A stretch of 60,251 bases of DNA, counting the filler, from Catajapyx aquilonaris (lineage: Eukaryota), in NCBI GenBank assembly GCA_000934665.2. It is 2 parts of 2 records of this genome, joined end to end, with 100 filler letters (N's around TTAATTAATTAA, not from the genome) between each part and the next. Parts side by side here need not be neighbours in the genome. Positions count along the whole stretch, not along the records: positions 30,169 to 60,251 come from KZ539197.1; 1 more part is not named here. One strand, given 5' to 3'. The notes under the pieces are model-generated. The model was not told the DNA's origin, searched no databases, and saw nothing but the letters and a program-made list of their open reading frames with translations. The translations under genes and the position numbers were made by a program. This document shows, piece after piece, positions 50,201 through 60,251 of the stretch. Position 1 is the stretch's first letter. Each line of letters opens with the position of its first letter.

Positions 50201-53200
50201 GGTTGTGGTGGGCAGCATCATTCTTGTCGTACCCATTTTCCACCATGGCGCGCAGATCTCCAAGTATACGCAAATGATGAGCCAAATCAGTGGCTGATAA
50301 TTTTAAAATAAGGATGCCATTAAAATACAGGTTTCAAAGAGTGGTCCAAGGGCTGTCTTTACAATTGTAATTACTGGGGTACGGTATTTACACATGCACA
50401 ACATAATTTCTATCAGATTCTCTATAATTCCCCAGTACATTTCATTTGAAGCACACAAGTACGTACAAAGCATCTGATAGCAAATGGAAACGATAAACTA
50501 ATAACTAACCTAAAATAACGTCCCTCATCAGATCCAGGCAGCGGGTGTAAGCCTTTTCAGAGAAACGCTCAAGTATATTGCAGCCATCTGTGTTCAGCAC
50601 GCACATGGTCTGGGAGAAGTGATGTCTCTGTTTACACACCCCAAGGGGGCAAGGAAAAAAGCGTCATGAAAGAGAAGTAAATATGTAACAGTTTGCTGCT
50701 AGTGAGTCACTCTGTACAGTGTTGGACATAAATCGAGGCATACTGGTAGCGACATTTTCCGTAGCAGCAGAAGAAGGAATCAAAGATATGCATTCTGCAA
50801 GCTGGGCGAGCATGATTCCTTCTTCTGCCGCTTCAGAAAATGTCGCTAGCAGTATGCCTCGATTTATGTCCAACACTGTACCATGTCAGAAGAATAATAT
50901 TGTTTTGGTTCCATTTCTCACAATACAATCTTGGAAAGACTGCTTATACTACCCATGATACTGTACATGCTATTACTATTTACTGCAATTATTTGGGTAG
51001 GTTGTTCTGTGGAATATTTAATACCACTGCATAATTTTTTACTATCTGGCACGCAATCATCCATTGAGTTTTGGAGTAAGACTGACAGTAACGACATAAA
51101 TAATTACATACAACATGCATGACTCACTAAACACCAAAGAATTTTTCAATGTTGTGTTATGTGAAAGTTGGCACATAACTCTTAAGGCCTGTTTCCACCG
51201 GCATAATTTTTAGCTCAAAAAGTAATGCACAAAAATCAAAAATCAAACAGTTTCGAATTATTCCGAAGTACAAAATTTTGAACTTTTCACAAAATAATTG
51301 TGCCCGGCACAAAATGGAAATACAAGATGGCCAACCGTGGTGGACTTATAGGAATTATTTTGCAATAATTCAAGCACAATTGATGGTTAAATTAAGCTAA
51401 ACGATTTTCGGACGGGGGTTCAGTTTAAATAAAATACATTTGGAACTTTGGGTGCTCCCTTCTGAGCGCTCAGTCAGGGAGCATATACTACATAAGAGGC
51501 GCAAACATTCGATTTTTACGTCTCTTTGTTTATAGGGCGTTGCCAAGGCTGGCGGCCATCTTGAAGTGTGTGGTGCGCCAACGAGGTATAAATAGGGTAC
51601 AGACAGGCCGTCAAGGTCCGCGGGGGTCCGCCATCTTTGATGGTTTTGGCTGCCATGGCAATACATGGCAATAACAATTTACTTACCCATTCCAATATCG
51701 AATTCAAATTCGCGCGTGTTCTTGGCGTGTAGTTGCCATGGCCGCCAAAATCATCAAAGATGGCGGACCCTATTTTTGCCTGTACCCTATTCATACCTCG
51801 TTGGCGCACCACACACTTCAAGATGGCCGCCAGCCTTGGCAATGCCCTATAAACAGAGAGACGCGAACATCAAAGGCGCCGACAGAAGTTTGCGCCTCTT
51901 ATGTAGTATATGCTCCCTGTCTCAGTTTTGTTTCTTTTTGTGAAAATAACAAAAATTGTCCAGGTTGGAACAAGTGTTTATTTGTGCTGCACCAAAATTG
52001 CCAGGGAAACAAAATTTATGCTATAATAATTTTGTTTCCCTGGCAATTTTTGTGCAGCACAAATAAACACTTGTTCCAACCTGGACAATTTTTGTTCTTT
52101 TCACAAAAAGAAACAAAACTGAGCGCTCAGAAGGGAGCACCCAAAGTTCCAAATGTATTCTATTTAAACTGAACCCCCGTCCGAAAATTGTTTAGCTTAA
52201 TTTAACCATCAATTGTGCTTGAATTATTGCAAAATAATTCCTATAAGTCCACCACGGTTGGCCATCTTGCATTTCCATTTTGTGCCGGGTACAATTATTT
52301 TGTGAAAGTTCAAAATTTTGTACTTTGGAATAATTCCAAAGTGTTTAATTTTGTGCTCCATTTTTGTGCGTTTCATTTTGTGCTCAAAAATTATGCCAGT
52401 GGAAACAGGACTTAAGTCTCCGACAACATCTCCCTAAAAAAAGCATCAACAACACTCACCAAGACTCACCTCCATGACAGAGCCCTCTGATGAGTAAAGA
52501 GCAGCTAGGACGGAGTTGGAGGCTAGCTGGAAGGAATTGGTGGTCCCACGGTGGTCTAGGTCATGACATAGGCAGGCAACAAACAGGGTCAATGCTTCCA
52601 GCTCACTGAAAACAGTAGGGTAGAAATATCAGTGTCCTCATTTTATGTTATCTCTAGAGCAGTTACAAGTGGCAGAATTGGTGGCAGACATGATACTCAT
52701 GAAGTGGGAGGTGTGCGGAAAAAAAAATCCTCATAGCCTTCTTGTATGTCAGAGAGAATCTAAAGCCACTAAGAGAGGGGCTTTACTGTCCTCATGACAA
52801 AAATGTCAAACCTGCTTGCAAGGTAATAATTCATGTAGGTAGGATAGTCAGAGAGGTAGGCCAGATGAGATGAGAAGGTTGTTACAGAACTGTTCCCAAT
52901 GACAAGGTAAAACTTTAAAAATTATCGCCTCCTCTAATTCTCCACCACATTTATGGCAGAAGCATTACTTTAACCTTGAACTGAGAGAGTTAAATATTTA
53001 TGCACGAGATCTTTGATGAAATTTGTTGTATGGGGTCAGGCATTATCATGGCATTCTCGCACACAAGGATTATGTAAATAGTTGTTGTACTGTATTGTTT
53101 AGGGAATAGTCTCAAGAAAAGAAGTCTGTACATGTTCAGTACAGAAGCAACTATGGCATGCCTAACTACATAGTACAACAAGTGCTGGAAAGAGACTGAG

Positions 53201-56200
53201 GATCTGTGAAATGGTTACAGGCTGCAGCAGGGTATGCTTAGACATAACTTCATTCACATGGATTCAGTATATTGCTAGGCGCAAGTTCTTTGTAAGGGAG
53301 GTGTTAGCCTTCAATTAATAACTCAACGTGATGGATTTTTGGAGAGCTTTTTTGCTATAGGAAATTGAATATATCAAGGGCTAGCTCTAACATTCTTTTC
53401 AGCAGCCATATTTAAGCTATTTTTTGGCAGACAATATTGCTTTAAAAATTTGATAATAGTTGCACTTTAACAAAATACTGTTGAGTTTTGAAATCAGGAT
53501 TTAAAAATAGCAGAATTCCCTAACTAAGTGACACTCACGTAAGGTACCCCTCTTCAAGAAGTTTAAAATTCTTAATCATGATGTAGCAGAAGTGAGCAAC
53601 AGAGAAGGCATGCATCCAGTTGTGGTATGGTGGATCACGGTACCCCTTCTTGATCATCAATACAAAACGAGACAGGGTGTGTTTGTCTATCTCCAGCTGG
53701 CCTGTGGTCTTTCCTCCCCCACCACCACCACCACTAATCCTCACCACACCCAAGTCAGACAGCATGCTGAGAACCAATGGAGGTGTCTCCCTGTCAGGAA
53801 CACTGCGGGGCAGGAAGGTAAAGGAGACGAAGCCTGGATGAGACTCCCAGCAGGGCATTATGAGGTGAGTTGACAGGGCATGTACCTCCTCATGAAACAC
53901 CTGCAAGAAAGTAGGAATGTCCTCAACAGTTTCCCAAAATGAAACTGTGTATTCATGCTACAATGACACTGAAGGGGGCCAAAATACATTACATTGCGCA
54001 ACATGTTAAAGATAGGTTTTGCTGGTATCTTTGTCATACTTTACTCCTTGGTGGTTTAAAAAAATTGCCTAAAAACTTTGCAGGCAAGAATTTCTCATTA
54101 AAGCTAGATGTCCAAACTAGGTGATGTGACCATGGCATCAGGCTGTAAGGTTACAGCAACAGGTTTTCCAGCAGTCAGTGGTTATAACTGGTGACAACGA
54201 TAAACAGAAATGGATGGCATATCACTTAGTTTGTACCTGACCTAATATAACTCTATCTTGTATCATGTTGGTAACTACAGAGAACCCAATACTGACTTTC
54301 AGCATTCGATTATTAGGCCTAGCTTTGACTTCCTGATGATAGAAATCAATTATGTCACTGGAGTCAGCCCTGGAACATAGGCAGTTGCCTAGGGCTGCAG
54401 ATTTCAAGAGGCGGCAAATTTAGGCATACAAAAAAGTAAACGAAAATTTAATCATAAATAATTATGCGACTGGAAGCAGCACCGGATTTAACATTAGGCA
54501 CAGTAGGCAATTGCCTAGGGGCGGCTGTGAGTTGCAATAAACATTTTTCAAATAGGCTACAATAATAGGAAAGAAAGGCGAAATCATTTAAAAATTCAAA
54601 GTTTTGAGCGCCGCCGGATTTACCACTAGGCATAAAACCTTCATATAAGGGCGGCCGCGCTCCGGGGGTGGGTAGGTGGGCGGCCATAAGTTGCAACATA
54701 AATTTTTAAAAATAAAATGAAATGAAATGGAGGGAACTCAGAACAATTGAATTATTAAGCGGCATTGGGGGGNGCGGCCAGGTGGGTAAATCAGGCACTG
54801 ACTGGAGTCACTTCATAAAACTAAAACGGGGGAGGTGTGGTGGCCAAGATGGTAACGTCTCGGCTTGCTGAGTGAAAGGCCCCAGGTTCGATCCCCGCCT
54901 GGGGAACTTCCTTTCACCTGCGTCGGGAGGGTCTCTGACCTGCACCAAGGAGGTGTCTGGCAACCTAACCTCCTGGGGGACTGCACATGGCCCAAAAGGC
55001 TAGGACAATGCACCTGCACAAGTGTCCCCTCCCCAACAATCCCTTTCCATACCCTATATCCCGAACCAGTCCTTGCACGGAGTTTGAAGTAAAAAACAGA
55101 AAACTGATGGTGGTATGCCACCCCCCTATAGCTCCCGTAAGGGACATCACGGGGTAATTAAAAAATAAAACAAAGATAAAAAAAATAAAACTAAAACGAA
55201 TCAAGGGAATATGTTGACTGTTAGAAGTGATCCACAAGCATGAAAAATTACGTCTTATAATCTGAATAACCCTTGGATGGTGACATGGGCACTTTTTGTG
55301 ACCAACGCCACATTTTTGGTATAACATGGAAAATATAGAACATTTGAGCTTCACCTTTGAGAACATCTTTGGTTGATTCCTTCTGCGATAAATGGCATTG
55401 CTTTTTTTGTTTTTTTAAAGGAAATAGCATGATCAGGAAAAAATAAATTGGACACCAATGTGTAGTTGGGGCCAAATCCACATTTCAAAAGTGATTCACT
55501 TCCTGCTTTCCGGTGGGGAACCTGAGCTTATAGGTAGTGATTCATGAACAGTTACTCTAAAATTAAGCCAGCCTTCCCACAACTTCAAAAAAATACACAA
55601 AATAACCCATGACTTGATCTGAATGCGGGTTCCAAACGCAGGCATATTTTGGCTCCAACAACACATCGTTGCATATTTTTTCTTCTTTCTAATCATACTA
55701 TTTGCTCAAAAAATGTAAACTAAATGCACTTAATAGCAGAAGGAATCAACCCGAGATTGTCTTAAAGATAAAGCCCAAATATGCTCGATTTCCCATGTAA
55801 TAACAAAAAATGTGAATTGGTCACCACAAGTGCCCACATCACCGGAGGGAAAACTATGTGTATGTCACCATCACAGAGATAAGTAAACCTACTTGACAGA
55901 TTGTCACTAGTCCACTACTTTGCATCAGAACTCAACAAATTCACAAATTACTTGTTTTTTGACAGTCCAATTCAGTGATGTGCCATTGCAAGTCTACTTC
56001 CCACTCCCTATGCACATGCATCAGCAACCTTTTAGGCTGGTTGTACGAAGTCTGGCTCCCAACAAACTGAGGATTTCCCACCAGATGCGGATCTTTACGG
56101 GTTTTTCATGAAGTGCCTGATACAAGTAGGTGGTTTGAGGGATTTTTGGCCAACTCAGACAGCAGACAAAAAAATTGAAGGTAGTAGTTTTCTGAACATT

Positions 56201-59200
56201 TATCAGCAAATTTAGTCACAGTTTATAAGTGACATATAATGTTACCTGCCTAAAATTGAGTTGTGCTCACTGAATGTTACCTAGCTAGAGGCACGACAAT
56301 TGGCACAACAATCTATAATATTAAAATGCTTGCGTTGTGTGTATAAGACCTCTGATTGGTCCGCCCCCATACTGTTGCTGCCACTTCTTCCTATTGGCCC
56401 CCGTTCATTGTTATTGCGACGTATTCAAGACGTATTGTTACCATGACGCCTCCGACTGGCCCCCATGCACAATGGGGGTGGGACCCGTTCAGTTGTCCGC
56501 GGGTGAAGGTCGCTTTTTTTCGTCTCTCCCGCCGTCATCGTCACCCAGACCTTTCCCCTTTCTCCACCCACCCTACCTGTCCCCCCATGTGGCCCCCCTT
56601 CGCCGCGGGTCGTTGGTTATTGAAAAATGGCCGTATGCACTGGTGGAGAAATGTAAGATTGAAATTCGAACATTACCACTACTGATTGGACTGCTTTGGA
56701 ACTGCCGGCGTTGGCCTACCCATGCTGTTCTTTCACAGATGGGAAGTACAGTACACTGTCTTCGAGGCACTTCTTTCGGTGTAGTGTCAGAAATGGACAA
56801 CCGTCGAATACGTAGAATCGAACATAAAAAGGTGGTTGCAAATCTCCCGCGTTCGAATCAGCAAAATGTCCTGGAATGTATATTGTTGGTTTTCCAGTTG
56901 TGCCAACTGGCAGGTTGTTTACAGTCAGTCTGCAGTCAGTAACAATACAATCCAATTACACTGTAATCCCGATTATCCAGGTGCGGATTATCTGTGCATC
57001 ACCATAGTATAAACATTTAAGTCCGAAAAAATGTGTCGAATATTTGTCCCATTGCTAGATAGTGTATACTGCTAACTTAGCAGTACCAGTGCCAACACGG
57101 GTCCTGCAAAGTTAGCAGTGGTACAAAAATTCCACCCAATATCAATATCAATGTCTCGTCAACGAAAAAATATAACTTACCATACTTTTTCTAGAAGGCA
57201 AAGTAAAAATCTATGGTAAGTTTTATTTTTTGGATTAACCAAGCAGCATGCTCTTCGTACAGTAGTACATCAACAACCTGTGAACAGCTCCCTTTCCAGG
57301 ACCATTTTCCGATTATCCGTGTTTCCCAATTATCTGGCAACACTTGTGCAGTCATTAGCTTGGATAATAATCGGGAGTACAGTGTACCTATATGTACAGA
57401 CTGTAGGTTTTCCATGTATTGTTGCACAAACATTGGGTAGTTTCAGTTTGCCACCTTGAATCACAGCCATCATTGGAACCACAGATGGGAACTGTATTTT
57501 CAAATTGCGCACCCGTAACCCTTTGATGCTTGGTTAGGACCCTTAACCCTTTGACAAGTTTTTGGCAGGTTTTTGGGCCGTTTCTTTCCTTCTTTTTGTT
57601 CAAAATTCGATGTAGGAGTGATATTAATGAATAACAACTTTGTGCCAAAATTAATCATTTAAATTCGTGGTGGTCCTTTTGATTGTAAAATGCCAGGAAA
57701 AAATTCATATACAGGATGTCGTGGAAATAAACTTTTTAGAATTGTCCGGCTCTCGGAAAGTCGATAGACCTAACAAGTTTACTTAGTCACTTCTATACAT
57801 TGTTCTTATGGCTACATAATATTACCACAACACACCGAAGCAGCAGTAGGTGAGGGGATATGGTATCCGGCTACCGGCTGCTAATCGGGAGGTCCGGGCA
57901 GGGAGCATATACTACATAAGAGGCGCAAACTTCTGTCGGCGCCTTTGTTGTTCGCGTCTCTCTGTTTATAGGGCGTTGCCAAGGCCGGCGGCCATCTTGA
58001 CGTGTGTGGTATGCCAACGAGGTATAAATAGGGTACAGGCAAAAATAAGGTCCGCCATCTTTGATGGTTTTGGCTGCCACGGCAATAACACGCGCGAATT
58101 TGAATTCGATATTGGAAAATGGGTAAGTAAATTGTTATTGCCGTGTATTGCCATGACAGCCCAAACCATCAAAGATGGCGGACCCCGCGGACCATGACGG
58201 CCTGCCTGTACCCTATTTATACCTCGTTGACATACCATACACTTCAAGATGGCCGCCAGCCTTGCCAACGCCATAAACAGAGAGACGAAAAAAATCGAAT
58301 GTTTGCGCCTCTTATGTAGTATATGCTCCCTGGTCCGGGGATCAAATCCCGGGACCGGCAACTCTGACCGCGGTTTTCTGTGGTTTCCCACGGTCCCTCC
58401 AGGAAAATTCCGGAGTTGTTTCCGTAATTAACAGGCCACAGCCACTTCCTTCCATCCCTATCCCTTCCCAAAAAGCGAAGCAAAAAGTAAAAAAGCAAAG
58501 AGTTCCTGACAAAAAAATTGGGATGAACTCCCCCCCTAAGGGAGCCAATGGCTCTATCACGGGGTAAATTATTATTATATTATTATATTAATATTACTAC
58601 AACACCGTACTATGATCAACTCCCAAGGGTCCACACTTTATGGGCACCCTCTACTGAGGGAACATGTTAACATAAACGATCACGTGGGAGCAACGTGACC
58701 TTGGTATATACGACTCAACTTGGCGGGAATGGGGGAGGGGGGGGGGGGGAATCNGAGTTGCTATGGTAGTTGAGTCACCATCCAAGAGATGGCAGGAGCA
58801 TATTGAACCGGGATCCTCGCGCGCCAAATTCAAAAACCCTCAGGACATCATAATTATTATGATGTACTTAGCCGTCAAAGGGTTAATATAAGGAGGGGGG
58901 CAGGCGGGAGGGAGGTCGGGGGGAGGGGAGTATGATGCGGATAATTGTTGGATGAACATGGCGTACACCGCAGGCCTAGAAAAGAGCGAGCGAGGCGAGC
59001 GGTTTTCTAGGCCAGCGCCCTAGGAAAATGTGAGCGGAGCGTGGGTTTTCCAAGTAGAAGATTTAATAGTTTTCTTGAGAGAAGGATTTTTTTGTCCTTT
59101 CCAATAGATATTCTGCAAATAGTTTTCTTGATTTTGTAAATTTAACTAAATTGAACGAAATTATCTAGAAACTCAGTTCAAGCGAGTTTCAAAGACAAGC

Positions 59201-60069
59201 CAGCCAGTATTGGGTACTATTGGTATGCCCACATTGTCATGCACATCCATTGGAACAAGTGCATTCACCATGCAGTTGATTAGTCAAGCCACACCGTTAT
59301 ACAGGGTGAAGGGAAACTTGCAGACAATCGCCAGGTAGACTATAGTAGTCCTAAAACTAATATGCATGTGCTAATGCTAATGTGCAATTAGTTTTGAGCG
59401 CTGTTGCCTAGTTAATGCGTATGGCGACATCAAAGTTTCATGACGTCACGTCCGTTCCGCCAGCTTCAAAGAAGCAAAATTCAGCTCGAGGGCCTCTGAA
59501 CAATCCAGCCTCGGTCCCCTAATTCATCGCCCATGTGCAATAGGTGATCAAATCCTGTCAGAGTAAAAATCTGGGTACGACATCCGTGCACTCAGATGTT
59601 TTTACCTCATATTTTACCATCCAGCCCTCTACACTTTAAAGGTGCCGTACGCATCAACTATGCAACACAGCCAAAAACTAATTGCACATCCCTATATTAG
59701 TTTTCTGAGTACTATTAGTCTATCTGGCGTTTTTTCCCTTCACCCTATTTGTACTACTTTGGTATTTTTTAAACAACAGGAGTAGTCGCGCATTCAATAA
59801 AATTGCATTTAGCAAAATTTTCATGTCACTTTCTTTTTCTTACTTGCATGTGATACATCATGAGCTCATTGGACAACTTGCTTCTATACTGGGCATCTCG
59901 GACTTTCCTGAACATGAGCCCATGCATAATGCTGAGCCCACAATAAATGCTGAATGCCATAGCTATTTCCTCATCAAACTTTCCAAAGCACAGACCCCCA
60001 ACTTTGTTGCACAGCTCCGCAACTCCAATCAAACCCTTGTCGTCATTTATTGGGAAGCACAAGATGTTC
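47226..60069 (-). CDS. PDE2A: cGMP-stimulated 3',5'-cyclic nucleotide phosphodiesterase (PDE2A-like): GAF-B end plus catalytic domain, last 7 coding exons; 5' part outside the window
   Basis: Exons 60069-59844 (NILCFPI...GVAELCNK...[17 protein letters not shown]...[15 protein letters not shown]), 53900-53539 (...[20 protein letters not shown]...), 52605-52470 (...[14 protein letters not shown]...YSSEGSVME), 50627-50510 (RHHFSQ...), 50293-50124 (ATDLAHH...[13 protein letters not shown]...), 49563-49418 (...[13 protein letters not shown]...MMDREKA...) and 47415-47226 (to TAA). All GT-AG with consistent phases. The motifs are PDE2-diagnostic. Confidence 0.95.
47776..48038 (+). mobile_element. 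Mariner relic (5' end)
   Basis: TA|CGAGGG-type terminus followed by [24 protein letters not shown], resembling the mariner N-terminal HTH. Confidence 0.65.
48052..48412 (-). mobile_element. tRNA-derived SINE, family B
   Basis: Reverse-complement copy of 42997-43343. 13-bp TSD aacagcagatact (48039-48051 and 48413-48425). Confidence 0.92.
48430..48835 (-). mobile_element. Decayed mariner transposase fragment
   Basis: The minus strand reads [17 protein letters not shown]...[25 protein letters not shown]...LLTPE with stops and frameshifts, a mariner DNA-binding-domain pattern. Confidence 0.6.
49948..50031. repeat. Perfect 36-bp inverted repeat in a PDE2 intron
   Basis: aattgaagcacccattatggaaacaccccaactcca, a 12-nt loop, then the exact reverse complement. 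The outer AATT may be a 4-bp TSD. Confidence 0.9.
50717..50878. mobile_element. Tc1/mariner-type palindromic MITE
   Basis: TA|CAGTGTTGGACATAAATCGAGGCATACT...AGTATGCCTCGATTTATGTCCAACACTG|TA. Confidence 0.9.
51186..52411. mobile_element. Long foldback MITE (TTAA-flanked; Kolobok- or Harbinger-type) carrying a nested insertion
   Basis: TTAA|GGCCTGTTTCCACCGGCATAATTTT...AAAATTATGCCAGTGGAAACAGGAC|TTAA. Self-complementary along nearly its whole length once 51475-51919 is removed, with the centre near 52020. Confidence 0.88.
51475..51919. mobile_element. Non-autonomous DNA element with 32-bp perfect TIRs and a 7-bp TSD (P/Galileo-like)
   Basis: CAGGGAGCATATACTACATAAGAGGCGCAAAC...GTTTGCGCCTCTTATGTAGTATATGCTCCCTG. 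Flanks gctcagt/tctcagt. A second copy in inverted orientation lies at 57899-58332. Confidence 0.88.
54365..54800. mobile_element. hAT-type non-autonomous element
   Basis: CAG...CACTG termini and an 8-bp TSD actggagt (54357-54364 and 54801-54808). Internal repeated ttgcctaggg and ccggattta motifs. Confidence 0.7.
54829..55184 (+). mobile_element. tRNA-derived SINE, family B
   Basis: Homologous to 42997-43343. 14-bp TSD ataaaactaaaacg (54815-54828 and 55185-55198). Confidence 0.9.
55270..55849. mobile_element. Old MITE with degenerate TIRs of about 60 bp and CCC...GGG termini
   Basis: ccct..ggtgacatgggcactt..gtgaccaa..cacatttt..acatgg pairs with the reverse complement of about 55790-55849. 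AA on both flanks. Confidence 0.55.
56959..57384. mobile_element. pogo/Tigger-like MITE
   Basis: TA|CACTGTAATCCCGATTAT...ATAATCGGGAGTACAGTG|TA with repeated GATTATCC subterminal motifs. Confidence 0.7.
57834..58588 (+). mobile_element. tRNA-derived SINE, family A, interrupted by a DNA element
   Basis: Homologous to 19286-19619. 17-bp TSD taatattac(c/t)acaacac (57817-57833 and 58589-58605). Confidence 0.88.
57899..58332. mobile_element. Second copy of the 7-bp-TSD DNA element
   Basis: Same 32-bp TIRs as 51475-51919. Perfect 7-bp TSD gtccggg (57892-57898 and 58333-58339). Confidence 0.9.
59302..59747. mobile_element. Tc1/mariner-type MITE with long degenerate TIRs
   Basis: TA|CAGGGTGAAGGGAAA...TTTCCCTTCACCCT, with more than 100 bp of imperfect pairing (atgtgcaattagttt/aaactaattgcacat; atgcgtatggc/gccgtacgcat). 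Confidence 0.7.
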
Positions 60070-60251
60070 CTGCGAAGAAAAATATTATTGTCATAGCAGA
60101 AGAAATAATAATTAAGACAGCATCAACTTGCAAAAAGAAGGAAAATGTGCCTGTTATATCCTCCTGAGACCTGGTGTCGACATATGTCGACATCAGCAAA
60201 AGATTTTTTTGGCGCCAACCAGTGATGCCAACAGAACTGTAATAGGCTGGT

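Larger units (their letters stand above)
57547..58882. mobile_element. piggyBac-type non-autonomous element hosting nested insertions
   Basis: TTAA|CCCTTTGAC...GTCAAAGGG|TTAA. Only 9 bp of perfect TIR. Confidence 0.6.

Noticed and set aside
56337..56942. 201-aa ORF antisense within a PDE2 intron
   Set aside because: No recognisable domain or ATG context. Probably chance or decayed repeat.
1..60251. CRISPR array or prokaryotic operon-type system
   Set aside because: No regularly spaced direct repeats with unique spacers. The sequence is eukaryotic with spliceosomal introns.

Overview
Intron-rich, repeat-rich animal genomic DNA, probably a non-dipteran arthropod (inferred from an Unpaired-type cytokine, PDE2 and tRNA-derived SINEs). 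Most ORF-track entries are spurious; I rebuilt the genes by hand from splice sites. Minus strand: (i) a complete 3-exon gene at 2962-3732 for an unrecognised 202-aa secreted protein with a four-helix-cytokine-like pattern; (ii) a complete 5-exon Unpaired/Upd-like cytokine gene (305 aa) at 8513-13823, surrounded by kB, STAT, AP-1 and CRE motifs; (iii) the last seven coding exons of a PDE2A-like phosphodiesterase at 47226-60069. Plus strand: the first coding exon of fucose mutarotase (FUOM-like, 20489-20585) with no visible downstream exons, and two exons of a GPI-anchored Ly6/three-finger protein (39028-41420) whose signal exon I could not place. A 100-bp artificial spacer (44N-TTAATTAATTAA-44N) at 30069-30168 means the two halves may not be truly contiguous. 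Repeats include two tRNA-SINE families sharing a structured 3' tail, a dead intron-containing Minos-like Tc1 transposase, mariner relics and many MITEs, some nested three deep. The top candidate for something new is the tandem pair of Upd-like plus a divergent putative helical cytokine.
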